Below, piece after piece: positions 18,858-28,389 of a stretch of 33,504 nt of DNA. The notes under the pieces are model-generated. The model worked only from the letters and a program-made list of their open reading frames with translations, had not been told where the DNA came from and did not search any database. This DNA is from Bacteroidota bacterium (lineage in GTDB: Bacteria; Bacteroidota; Bacteroidia; AKYH767-A; JABDAW01): NCBI GenBank assembly GCA_023251595.1, contig JAHEYM010000005.1, positions 1-33,504 on the forward strand. The letters run 5' to 3'. Numbering within the stretch: position 1 is the first letter of the stretch; each line of letters begins with the position of its first letter. A program made the translations under genes and the position numbers.

Positions 18858-20807
18858 ATGCTTGTAATCGATAAAATTACCCTTGATTTTGGTGCGCGTC
18901 GGCTTTACGACGATGCGTCATGGCACATTAAACCCGGTCAGAAGATTGGTTTAATCGGTCCGAATGGTTCCGGTAAATCCACTTTGCTTCGGATGATCGC
19001 CGGTGAATTTACTCCTACATCCGGTGCTGTCAGAAAACGGAAGGATGTAAGAACGGGTTTTTTGAATCAGGATTTATTGAGTTATACTTCGGATGAAAAT
19101 ATCGTGGAAGTGGCATGTGAAGCGTTTCCCCGTGCGAAATGGCTTCATCATGAAGTGGATGTTTTGCTTGAAAAAATGCAATACGATCACTCGACCGAGT
19201 TAATTGATCTTCTCCATGATTATCAGCATGAATTGGAGATTACAGACGCATATGATATTCACTATAAAGCAGAACAGGCACTCGCTGGTTTAGGTTTTTC
19301 GCCCGATGATATGAAGCGTTCGTACACTGAATTTTCCGGAGGATGGAGAATGAGAGTGATGCTCGCGAAAATTCTTTTGGAACAACCACATTTACTTTTG
19401 CTTGATGAGCCGACCAATCACCTCGATTTACCTTCAATTAAATGGGTGGAACAATATATCCGCGATTATGAAGGAACGGTAATTATCGTTTCTCACGATC
19501 GTAATTTATTGGATAATATAGCAAATATAATTGTATTAATTACCGAACAGAAATTTAAAATTTTTCACGGTAATTATTCCGATTTCGAAATTCAACTTGA
19601 AGCAGAGAAAGAAATGCAACAAAGTCGTTTCGAAAATCAACAGGATTATATCAGACAACAACAGGCACTCATCGATCGTTTCCGCGCAAAAGCCAGTAAG
19701 GCGAGAATGGCGCAATCGAAAATGAAAGCCTTGGATAAACTTGATCGTATTACAGAACCTACGGCAGCATTGGCAAAAATGGGTTTTGATTTTACTTTTA
19801 GTGTAAATCCGGGAAAAACAATTATGGAATTAAAACATCTCTCGAAATCCTATCCCGGAGTTGAGATTTTTAATCACACACATGCTGCAGTTCAGCGTGG
19901 AGATAAAATCGCGTTAATCGGTGCAAACGGTGGTGGTAAATCAACGTTGCTTCGAATCATTGCAGGAACAGAAACGTTTACGGGAGAACGAATTGTCGGT
20001 CATCAGGTGATCAGTAGTTTTTATGCACAGCATCAGGTAGAAGTATTAAATGGGGATAATGATTTAATGCAGGAATTATTGCCTTTCACTCCAAAAATGA
20101 ACGAAACATTTTTGAGAAGTGTTCTCGGTGCTTTTCTTTTTTCGGGTGACGATGTATTTAAAAAAATAAAAGTTTTATCAGGTGGCGAGAAGTCGAGGGT
20201 GGCATTAGCAAAATCGATGCTTGCCGAAGCGAATTTCCTCATGCTCGATGAGCCGACGAATCACCTCGACATTGCATCGGTGGGTGTTTTGATTAATGTG
20301 CTTCAACGATATGAAGGAACGTTCGTGGTGGTTTCTCACGACAGATATTTCCTTTCACAGGTAGCGAATAAAATCTGGTATATAGAAAATCATAATATAA
20401 AAGAATATCCCGGCACTTACGATCAATACGAAGAATGGCGTTTGGCAAGAGCAGATAAAAAAGCGGCGGATAAAAAAGCAGCAGATAAATTGGCAAAATC
20501 TGCAAGTGCGACCGGTGGAGATTCGAAAGCCACAAGGATGAAAGATCGTGAAGAACACGAGAAGAAAAAGAAAAATCAATCCAAATTAAAAAAAGCGCTT
20601 CAGGAATCTGAAAATAAAATAGAGACACTCGCTAAAGAAAAAGCCAAATTAGAAGAGATATTATCACATCCTGATAGTGTGAAAGATCCGAAATCTTTTC
20701 GCGAACTTTCCCAAAAATTTACGGATCTTGAGAGCAGTTTAATTAAGGAGAACGAAAATTGGGAAAAGATTTTTAATGAAATAGCGGAACTGGAATCAAT
20801 GGCTTAG
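18858..20807 (+). CDS. ABC-F family ATPase
   Basis: Two ABC domains (GPNGSGKST, FSGGW, LLLDEPTNHLD; GANGGGKST, LSGGE, LMLDEPTNHLD), no TM segments, coiled-coil C-terminus. TACCTTTG promoter at 18837-18844. Confidence 0.93.
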   Translation: MLVIDKITLDFGARRLYDDASWHIKPGQKIGLIGPNGSGKSTLLRMIAGEFTPTSGAVRKRKDVRTGFLNQDLLSYTSDENIVEVACEAFPRAKWLHHEVDVLLEKMQYDHSTELIDLLHDYQHELEITDAYDIHYKAEQALAGLGFSPDDMKRSYTEFSGGWRMRVMLAKILLEQPHLLLLDEPTNHLDLPSIKWVEQYIRDYEGTVIIVSHDRNLLDNIANIIVLITEQKFKIFHGNYSDFEIQLEAEKEMQQSRFENQQDYIRQQQALIDRFRAKASKARMAQSKMKALDKLDRITEPTAALAKMGFDFTFSVNPGKTIMELKHLSKSYPGVEIFNHTHAAVQRGDKIALIGANGGGKSTLLRIIAGTETFTGERIVGHQVISSFYAQHQVEVLNGDNDLMQELLPFTPKMNETFLRSVLGAFLFSGDDVFKKIKVLSGGEKSRVALAKSMLAEANFLMLDEPTNHLDIASVGVLINVLQRYEGTFVVVSHDRYFLSQVANKIWYIENHNIKEYPGTYDQYEEWRLARADKKAADKKAADKLAKSASATGGDSKATRMKDREEHEKKKKNQSKLKKALQESENKIETLAKEKAKLEEILSHPDSVKDPKSFRELSQKFTDLESSLIKENENWEKIFNEIAELESMA

Positions 20808-20827
20808 AGACGTTGTATGCAACGTCT
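20805..20827 (+). repeat. GTAG-type REP-like palindrome, copy 1
   Basis: TAGAGACGTTGTATGCAACGTCT. Confidence 0.7.
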
Positions 20828-20874
20828 AAAAGGGGTAATATTTATTTTGTTGAGCGAAAAATAAAATTGCTACG

Positions 20875-22896
20875 ATGATCAAAATTCTGTACATAAGTTT
20901 TTTGTTGTTCATCTGCGGAATAAATTTTTCTTCCGCACAAAAGAGAGGAATGGAACTTATTGATTCCGTAAAAGTCCTTCTGCCCGCGATGAAGGATGAT
21001 ACAACTAAGGTTAATGCCTTAATTGATATCTCTTTCGAATATTATTTAAATGAAAAATCTGAAAAAGGGATAGAATATAGTCAAATGGCTCTAAATCTTG
21101 CAAATAAACTGAATTGGAAAAAGGGAATGGCCGATGCAAACGATGTGTTGGGCGCCAATTATCTCAGTGCAGGCAAATATGAACTTTCTGATTCCAGTTT
21201 TACAATGGCACTTAATTTATTCAAGGAGTTGGGAATAAAAAATAAAGTAGCAACCGTAACCATTAATATAGGAAACCTCTTTATTGCACAGGGAAAGGAA
21301 GTTCGTGGTCTGGAGAATTATTTTCAAGGATTGAAGGTCGCAGAGGAGCTAAACGATACTGACTTGATTTCCTGGTGTGATAATTTAATCGGAACTATCT
21401 ACATGACTTTTAAAGACTATACGAATGCTATTAAATATAAAGAATTATCTTATAACCTGATTAAAAATTCCCCGGATATGGTATCAAAAATTGGAACGAT
21501 TACCGGTTTGGCAGTAGCATATCAAAGATCTGATAAATTTGATCTCGCCCTTCAGTATAATGAAAAAGCCATACAGATGGGGAAAGAAACCGGATATCGA
21601 ACTAATGAAGCTAATTTATGTGGAAATGCTGCCTTAATTCATACAAAACTTAAAAACTATTTACTGGCTTTGCAATATGGTTATGAATCACTTCGTCTCT
21701 GTCAAGCCAAGGACAATGATGTTGAAGGGACCGCATGGGCAAAATATGAAATCGGAAATGCTCTATTGTTTTATTCAAGCGATGAAAAATATAAAGCATT
21801 GGAAAAAGTTCCAAGTCTGCCGGAAGTCGATATTCCTGCGGGTAGAAACGAAAGACTGAAACTTGCAATTAAATTTTTGAATGAAGCTTCCGTTGCGGGA
21901 CCGAAACTATTAGACAAGACGATGTTGCTCAAAGTTTACGAAGATTTGATGATAGCGAATCGGGAGTTAAAAAATTACCAGGAAGCCCTCAATGCTGCAG
22001 ATAGTCTTCTCTTAGTGCAAAATTCTGTTTTTTCGGTTGATAAATCTATGCAACTGAACAGCATTGAATTTCAGAACCTGATGGAATCAAAAAGTCTGAG
22101 AGACAGTCTCGCTTCTCAGGAAATTCGTAACAAAGCAGAGCTCAGTCTACAGAAGCAAAGAAACTATACACTACTGGGTGGACTCATAGCAGCAGCATTC
22201 ATTATTTTTTCCATTTTTATTTTCCGCAAAAACAAATTGATTAATATTGAAAAAACAAAATCAGAAAAATTGTTACTGAATATTCTGCCTGCTGAAGTTG
22301 CAGAGGAACTTAAACTTAGCGGCAAAGCCGAAGCACAGCATATCGCAGAGGTTACGGTCATCTTCACCGACTTCAAAGGATTTACGCAACTCACCGAAAA
22401 ATTATCTGCGGCAGAATTAATCAAAGAAATTAATTTCTGCTTCGAAGCTTTTGACAACATCATCACCAAACATGGTATAGAAAAAATAAAAACAATTGGT
22501 GATTCGTACATGGCGGCCGGTGGACTTCCCACGCCAAATAAAACACACGCAATCGATGTAGTAAATGCTGCATTGGAAATTCAAAAATTCATGTTTGAAC
22601 TTGCAGAATCAAAAAGAATTAAAAATGATTTGTTTTTTGAAATCAGAATCGGAGTTCACACGGGTCCTGTAGTTGCCGGAATTGTAGGTGTGAAAAAATT
22701 TCAATATGATATATGGGGAGATACTGTTAATATAGCATCGCGAATGGAAAGCAGCGGAGAAGTAGGGAAGGTAAACATAAGCCAAAGCACCTACGAAAAA
22801 GTGAAAGATGAATTTAATTGTGTGCATCGGGGAAAAATTCAGGCAAAAGGCAAGGGAGAAATTGACATGTATTTTGTGGTCAGTCGTAACTTGTAG
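20875..22896 (+). CDS. TPR-domain, single-TM class III adenylate/guanylate cyclase
   Basis: Signal peptide, TPR-like helices, TM segment YTLLGGLIAAAFIIFSIFIF, LLNILP, FTDFKGFT, EKIKTIGDSYM, YDIWGDTVNIASRMES. Confidence 0.92.
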   Translation: MIKILYISFLLFICGINFSSAQKRGMELIDSVKVLLPAMKDDTTKVNALIDISFEYYLNEKSEKGIEYSQMALNLANKLNWKKGMADANDVLGANYLSAGKYELSDSSFTMALNLFKELGIKNKVATVTINIGNLFIAQGKEVRGLENYFQGLKVAEELNDTDLISWCDNLIGTIYMTFKDYTNAIKYKELSYNLIKNSPDMVSKIGTITGLAVAYQRSDKFDLALQYNEKAIQMGKETGYRTNEANLCGNAALIHTKLKNYLLALQYGYESLRLCQAKDNDVEGTAWAKYEIGNALLFYSSDEKYKALEKVPSLPEVDIPAGRNERLKLAIKFLNEASVAGPKLLDKTMLLKVYEDLMIANRELKNYQEALNAADSLLLVQNSVFSVDKSMQLNSIEFQNLMESKSLRDSLASQEIRNKAELSLQKQRNYTLLGGLIAAAFIIFSIFIFRKNKLINIEKTKSEKLLLNILPAEVAEELKLSGKAEAQHIAEVTVIFTDFKGFTQLTEKLSAAELIKEINFCFEAFDNIITKHGIEKIKTIGDSYMAAGGLPTPNKTHAIDVVNAALEIQKFMFELAESKRIKNDLFFEIRIGVHTGPVVAGIVGVKKFQYDIWGDTVNIASRMESSGEVGKVNISQSTYEKVKDEFNCVHRGKIQAKGKGEIDMYFVVSRNL

Positions 22897-22916
22897 AGAC
22901 GTCGCATGCGACGTCT
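22893..22916 (+). repeat. GTAG-type REP-like palindrome, copy 2
   Basis: GTAGAGACGTCGCATGCGACGTCT. Confidence 0.75.
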
Positions 22917-22978
22917 TAGCAGAAGTCAGTTGTTGGGAATCCGTTGTCAGGTTTTTGCAATAATTTATAACAGTATAG

Positions 22979-23056
22979 TTGAGAAATATTCTCAAAAATG
23001 GCGCAATATTGTTAATATTTTGTAGTTTTACACTGAAATACTGAGATAATTTCTCA
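22979..23056. promoter_or_regulatory. Pair of TGAGA-N5-TCTCA operator-like palindromes
   Basis: TTGAGAAATATTCTCAA (22979-22995) and TGAGATAATTTCTCA (23042-23056), upstream of the ATPase gene. Confidence 0.55.
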
Positions 23057-23069
23057 AAAACAGACCAAG

Positions 23070-24296
23070 ATGCTAATTGAATTCACCGTAGGTAACTATC
23101 TCTCTTTCAAGGAAAAGAAGACTCTAAGTATGGAGGCAACCGCCATAAAAGACAATCCGGGTAATGTCACTGAAGTGGGGAAATACAAACTTCTGCGAAG
23201 TGCAGTCATTTATGGGGCTAATTCGAGTGGGAAGAGCAACTTTATCAAGGCGATGAGCTGCATGAGGGAAATTGTTATTGGTTCAGCCAAAGAAAGTTCG
23301 ACCTCTGAACTCGAAGTCACCCCCTTTCTACTCAGCACAGAAACTGAAAATAGACCAACATACTTTGAAATATTGTTATTAATTCGAGACGTTCGATACA
23401 GGTATGGATTTGAAACCGATAAAAAAAATGTTCATTCTGAGTGGCTTTATTCTACTGCGGGTTCAAAGGAAAAACTCCTTTTTATCCGGGAACGAGATTC
23501 AATAGAAATAACCGAAAATTTTGCGGAAGGTGTGGATCTTGAAGAAAGGACTCGTGACAATGCGTTATTTCTTTCTGTTGTTGACCAATTTAATGGAAGT
23601 ATTTCCAAAGATATTGTTGAATGGTTCGGTGAACAAATTATTTTTTCCGGTTTGGATCATGAGAAGGAAAGAAATAAGACCTCACTATTTTTAGGAAATA
23701 AACATTTGAACTCTTCGATTAAATCCTTTTTATCGCCTCTGGATTTAGGTTTTAAAGATTTCACATTTGATAAACTGGACAAAATTAATAATCGAATAAT
23801 CACTTTTCATAAGAAGTTTGATAATGAAGGCAATATACTAGAGCCTAGTGAATTTGAACTTCAAAATCAAGAATCCTCAGGAACAAACAAATTATTTGAC
23901 ATCGCAGGTAGTTTAGTGGGAAGTTTAATATTAGGAAATATGGTTATCATTGATGAATTAGATGCTAAATTGCATCCTCTCTTGACGATTAGTATTATTA
24001 AACTCTTCAATTCACCGGAACAAAATCTATACAATGCTCAATTAATTTTTGCAACACATGATACAAATTTATTGAACAAAGACCTTTTTAGACGCGATCA
24101 AATTTATTTTACCGAAAAAAACCGGTTTGAAGAAACGGATCTCTATTCGCTCGCAGAGTATCGGGATTCGAGCGGTAAAAAAGCGCGAAATGATGCAACT
24201 TATGAAAAAGATTACATTGCAGGACGGTATGGTGCAATTCCGTATCTTGGTGACTTTTCTAAACTAATTAACGATGGCGAAAAAGGCAAAGATTGA
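23070..24296 (+). CDS. AAA_21/RloA(AbiLi)-like ABC-type ATPase
   Basis: MLIEFTVGNYLSF, YGANSSGKSN, ESSGTNKLF, IIDELDAKLHP, QLIFATHD, FRRDQIYFTEK, YIAGRYGAIP. Confidence 0.9.
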   Translation: MLIEFTVGNYLSFKEKKTLSMEATAIKDNPGNVTEVGKYKLLRSAVIYGANSSGKSNFIKAMSCMREIVIGSAKESSTSELEVTPFLLSTETENRPTYFEILLLIRDVRYRYGFETDKKNVHSEWLYSTAGSKEKLLFIRERDSIEITENFAEGVDLEERTRDNALFLSVVDQFNGSISKDIVEWFGEQIIFSGLDHEKERNKTSLFLGNKHLNSSIKSFLSPLDLGFKDFTFDKLDKINNRIITFHKKFDNEGNILEPSEFELQNQESSGTNKLFDIAGSLVGSLILGNMVIIDELDAKLHPLLTISIIKLFNSPEQNLYNAQLIFATHDTNLLNKDLFRRDQIYFTEKNRFEETDLYSLAEYRDSSGKKARNDATYEKDYIAGRYGAIPYLGDFSKLINDGEKGKD

Positions 24297-24984
24297 TAAT
24301 GTCTGGAAAAAGCGTTTTGAAAGAAAGGAGAAGAAACGCCCTGTCAATATTCGCGATCAGCGTGTCTATTTTTTAATCGTTTGCGAAGGAGAGAAAACTG
24401 AACCGAATTATTTTCGAGTTCTGGAAAAAGAATTACCTATAGGAACTGTTGAAATAAAAATTGAAGGAACCGGTTTAAATACAATTGGGCTGCTGGAACA
24501 TGCCCTAAAACTGATTGAGAATTCGAGTCGAAAACATGATCGAGTTTGGGCTGTTTTTGATAAAGATGATTTCCCCGATAATAATTTTAACAATGCTATT
24601 CATAAGGGACTTTCCCACAACATAAAATGTGCTTGGACGAATGAAGCATTTGAATTGTGGTTTTTATTGCATTTCCACTATGTGAATACGCCAATGAGCC
24701 GAGATGATTATAAAGGATATCTTGAACGAGAGATAATTAAAAAGTCAGGAATAGAGGATTATAAATATAAAAAGAATGATCCAGACACTTTCTTTTTATT
24801 GAGAGATTATGGTAATCAGCAAAAAGCTATTAATCGGGCAAAAAAATTAATGGGAGAACATACTCATGGTAAATATGCAAAACATAATCCGAGCACGCGT
24901 GTGCATGAATTAATTCAAGAGTTGTTAGATCCAAAGGAAGTTTTGAAAATGATTAATGATGAGGAAAATTCTAATTCTCGTTAA
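24274..24984 (+). CDS. rloB: RloB (AbiLii-like) TOPRIM-fold protein
   Basis: LIVCEGEKTEPNYF, VWAVFDKD, NEAFELWFLLHF, NPST. Overlaps the ATPase by 23 nt. Confidence 0.85.
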   Translation: MAKKAKIDNVWKKRFERKEKKRPVNIRDQRVYFLIVCEGEKTEPNYFRVLEKELPIGTVEIKIEGTGLNTIGLLEHALKLIENSSRKHDRVWAVFDKDDFPDNNFNNAIHKGLSHNIKCAWTNEAFELWFLLHFHYVNTPMSRDDYKGYLEREIIKKSGIEDYKYKKNDPDTFFLLRDYGNQQKAINRAKKLMGEHTHGKYAKHNPSTRVHELIQELLDPKEVLKMINDEENSNSR

Positions 24985-25023
24985 TGTATTGGTGAAATTA
25001 TTTTATTGGAAATTAATTTATTA

Positions 25024-25611
25024 ATGAAAAAAAATTTTATTTTTCTTTTTTCTCTCATTCTCCTCGGCTGTTCTCATCCTCCTCGACCAAATCATATTTA
25101 TTATATAATTCACCCAATACCCACCGATATCGGACCCGATGGAAAGAAGACAATCCCGATGCATTATGGGAATTACAACTTCATATTGTTCGATAATTCC
25201 AAAATATATTACCATTATTATAATATTCTTTTCACCTTGTGTGGAGTGGGAGGAGATCACTCAAAACCTCCGTTCCTGGATTTAACTCCTGATAGTTTAC
25301 AAGAAATCAAAATTCAAGATCTGGAAAACTTTTTAGTTTCGAATGTCAAAGGCTCGAAAATGAATGGCAGAGACCCAATAGCTGTAGTCTCTTCTCCGGT
25401 TGATACTATTAGAAATCCTGCATTCGACATTATCTTGAAGTATTTAGATGAAAACTTTAACCTTTATGGAGTTCGCACCTGTACTGAAGAAGAAAAATAT
25501 GTTTCTATAGCCAAAAATTCAAACAAAAAATATGACCCAAAATCTATTGAATGGAAAATTGGATTCGATATTGTTAGATTTGAAGCACCAATCAACACAT
25601 CAACGAACTGA
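25024..25611 (+). CDS. Hypothetical lipoprotein
   Basis: MKKNFIFLFSLILLGC lipobox-like leader from ATG 25024. Confidence 0.7.
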   Translation: MKKNFIFLFSLILLGCSHPPRPNHIYYIIHPIPTDIGPDGKKTIPMHYGNYNFILFDNSKIYYHYYNILFTLCGVGGDHSKPPFLDLTPDSLQEIKIQDLENFLVSNVKGSKMNGRDPIAVVSSPVDTIRNPAFDIILKYLDENFNLYGVRTCTEEEKYVSIAKNSNKKYDPKSIEWKIGFDIVRFEAPINTSTN

Positions 25612-25742
25612 TCTTTTTTGATTATTTATTTCTTAGTGCCTTTGTGTCTTCGTAGCCAAATTAAAGTTTTTGAAGCTTCAGCTACCATCGGAAATGTGAA
25701 GATAATTTATTACTTTTACGGATGAATAGGTAAATAAGTACA

Positions 25743-27128
25743 ATGAAAATTTCAATCTGTATTTTAATCGGCGTAATTCTAAATCTGACAACTTCCGCTC
25801 AAACCCCTAAAAAAGCAAAAGCCGATTCAATCAAAAAAGCCAGAGCTTTAGCCGATACGATTTAACCTGTTCCGGATTATGTGAACGATGTGAGAATAGT
25901 GATGGAGAATCATGAATATCAGCCAAATATACGCACAGTTATGCTTCACCGTAGCGCACCGGATAGAATGAGTGATATCGATCAGCTTTCGGAACCGGTT
26001 GTGGCGCTGAATACGAACGATAAACTATTATTGAGTTTCGACGATCTTCAAGGAGGTGCAAGAGAATATTATTACACATTTCTACTCTGTACCGCCAACT
26101 GGGAAGAGTCGAACGATCTCGTGATGTTCGATTATATTAAAGGGTATACAGAAGATCGCATTACCGATTACAAATATTCATTCAACACGATACAACCTTT
26201 CACCCATTATAAAATTATCTTTCCGAACGATAATATCCGACCGATTAAATCGGGAAACTATGTGGTTTTGGTCTACGCCGATTCGGACAAAGAAAAACCT
26301 GTTCTCACCCGACGTTTCATGATCGTCGATCAGAAAGTTACAGTAACCGGAAGAGTGCATCAGGCAACGATCCCCTCCGACCGGGATGCCAAGCAGGAAG
26401 TGGATTTCAGCATACTTCACCCTGACATTCAAATTCCAAATCCTTTCGCCGATCTGAAGGTTGTCGTGAGACAAAATAGCAGATGGGATAATGCATGTAC
26501 GAATCTTCAACCCCTTTTCATCCGCGAAAATGAACTCGTTTATGATTATGAAAAAGAGAATGTTTTCAATGGTGGAAACGAATTTCGATTTGTTGATCTA
26601 CGTTCGTTGAAAATAGTAAACGACAGAGTTCGTTTTTACACAAACGATTCGCTCCACTATGTGCATTCCTGGCTTAATGATGAAGTAAACCGCAGCCGCA
26701 GACATTATTTTACCGAGACAGACATCAATGGCAGGTTTTTCTGCAAAACGGTCGAAGGTTGGGATTATGAAACACAAGCAGATTATACATGGACACATTT
26801 CAATCTACCATACACTTCACCCCAAACGAACGGAACTTTTTACCTCTTCGGTGAGCTGAGCGACTGGGCTATCAGACCTGAATTCAAGCTCCATTATAAC
26901 TCTGCAACTCAATCATACCAGGATTCGGTGCTGCTTAAACAAGGATATTACAATTACGATATCGTGTTTCTTGAAGATGGAAAAAAGGGCTACGACGAAA
27001 CATTTCTTGAAGGAAATCACTACGAAACAGAGAATGAATACGTGATTCTTGTTTATTTCCGTTCGCCTGCCGGACGATACGACCAACTCATTGGTTTTCA
27101 GAAATTCAACTCAGTAAAACTGTATTAA
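25743..27128 (+). CDS. DUF5103 / T9SS plug-like protein, with an in-frame TAA at 25863-25865 after the signal peptide
   Basis: LLLSFDDL, SFNTIQPFTHY, SGNYVVLVY, GGNEFRFVDL, LLKQGYYNY, EGNHYETENEY. The leader MKISICILIGVILNLTTSAQ is in frame with GTG 25881. Confidence 0.75.
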
Positions 27129-27184
27129 AAAATTATTATTTTGCTTTGACGTTATAAATGCCATATATTTGACACGAATTAAAC

Positions 27185-27580
27185 ATGCAAAATATGTTCA
27201 CTGAAGTAACACAGGGTATCAAAGTTACGGTCGAAACATACTACGAGCCTACGAAATCCAATCCGGCATTTTCGAGTTATTTCTTCACGTATCGCATTAC
27301 TATCGAAAATTACAGCGAGAATCCGGTGCAGTTGCTAAGACGTCACTGGCATATTTTCGATTCGAACGGCGCGAAGAGTGAGGTGGAGGGCGAAGGCGTT
27401 GTAGGTAAACAACCTGTCTTAGGTTCGGGTGAAATTTACCAGTATGTCTCCGGCTGTAATCTCACCACAGAGATTGGTAAAATGTGGGGGACGTATCAGA
27501 TGGTGAGAAAATCGGATGGCAAGAAATTTTATGTCCGCATCCCTGAATTCGCAATGGTATCACCTTTCAAGCTAAATTGA
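27185..27580 (+). CDS. apaG: ApaG protein
   Basis: YRITIEN, VQLLRRHWHI, VEGEGVVGKQP, YQYVSGC. TATATTTG promoter at 27164-27171. Confidence 0.95.
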   Translation: MQNMFTEVTQGIKVTVETYYEPTKSNPAFSSYFFTYRITIENYSENPVQLLRRHWHIFDSNGAKSEVEGEGVVGKQPVLGSGEIYQYVSGCNLTTEIGKMWGTYQMVRKSDGKKFYVRIPEFAMVSPFKLN

Positions 27581-27593
27581 GCTCGGGTACTGA

Positions 27594-28058
27594 ATGATTC
27601 AACGTATTCAAAGTTTGTTTCTTCTGGTCGCAGCTACCTGTGGTATTCTCATGTTTTTTACGCCTGTCGCTACTTATTCCGGCGTTTCCGGAACTTTTAC
27701 TCTCGATATGCTGGGCATTCATTACTCCGCAGACAATGAAACGCGGATGATGATTCTTCCACTTTCTCTGAATGTGATAGCGAGTTTGCTACCTTTAACC
27801 ACCCTCTTCATGTTCAAAAGGAGACGCAGACAAATGAAACTTTGCCGACTAACAATGTTGGTATTTTCAGGTTTGGTAGCCGTAATTTTTCTTTCACCGG
27901 AAGCGGTTATAAAGGATTTATACAACGGTTCAGCATTCGAAACCCATTATCAACCGGGTGTCGGACTTCCTCTACTGGCGCTGGTTTGCGTTTTTCTTGC
28001 TACAGTTTTCATCAAAAAGGATGAGAAGTTGGTACGGTCGGCAGATCGACTTCGTTGA
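27594..28058 (+). CDS. DUF4293 family membrane protein
   Basis: Starts MIQRIQSLFL and ends IKKDEKLVRSADRLR. Confidence 0.9.
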   Translation: MIQRIQSLFLLVAATCGILMFFTPVATYSGVSGTFTLDMLGIHYSADNETRMMILPLSLNVIASLLPLTTLFMFKRRRRQMKLCRLTMLVFSGLVAVIFLSPEAVIKDLYNGSAFETHYQPGVGLPLLALVCVFLATVFIKKDEKLVRSADRLR

Positions 28059-28120
28059 CCCCACCCGGCCTCTCCAGATGGGGAGGAGTCAAAAGTCCCC
28101 CATTTGGGGGATTTAGGGGG
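28058..28120 (+). repeat. C/G-rich intergenic palindromic repeat, copy 3
   Basis: ACCCCACCCGGCCTCTCCAGATGGGGAGGAG...TCCCCCATTTGGGGGATTTAGGGGG. Confidence 0.7.
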
Positions 28121-28121
28121 T

Positions 28122-28265
28122 AAAAAAAGACCCGGCAGCTTTCCGGTCCACCGAGTCTATGTTTAACTTAAACTTTCCCCTTTCGGAGACCTACCGCCTT
28201 TCAGCGTTAGGTGACATGTTTAACTGAAAAACGTTTCCGAGGTTACGTTTTATTATCCTTCGTCA
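28122..28265 (-). ncRNA. Candidate structured small RNA, family not recognised
   Basis: Four consecutive hairpins, two with GAAA tetraloops, G-U pairs that work only on the - strand, a duplicated AGTTAAACAT, and a final stem followed by a U run. Confidence 0.55.
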
Positions 28266-28295
28266 ATTAAATGCAAAGAATCAAAGAGGTTACGC

Positions 28296-28389
28296 TGAAA
28301 GGTTGATAAGTTGATAAGTTGAAGGGTTGAAAGAGTTGAAGAGTTGAAAGGTTGATGAAAATTATTTTTGAACTCATAACTCATAACTA
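28296..28389. repeat. Tandem degenerate 8-mers and 7-mers
   Basis: GTTGATAA/GTTGAAGG/GTTGAAGA/GTTGAAAG units, then AACTCAT AACTCAT AACTA. Confidence 0.7.

Noticed and set aside
20451-20489. ADKKA tandem repeat in the ABC-F linker
   Set aside because: This is ordinary in-frame low-complexity linker sequence with synonymous divergence.
25863-25865. Alternative genetic code (TAA reassignment)
   Set aside because: Many intact genes in the window end normally at TAA, and only this one has an internal TAA.
28296-28389. CRISPR array
   Set aside because: The units are 7-8 bp without unique spacers, and no cas genes are present.
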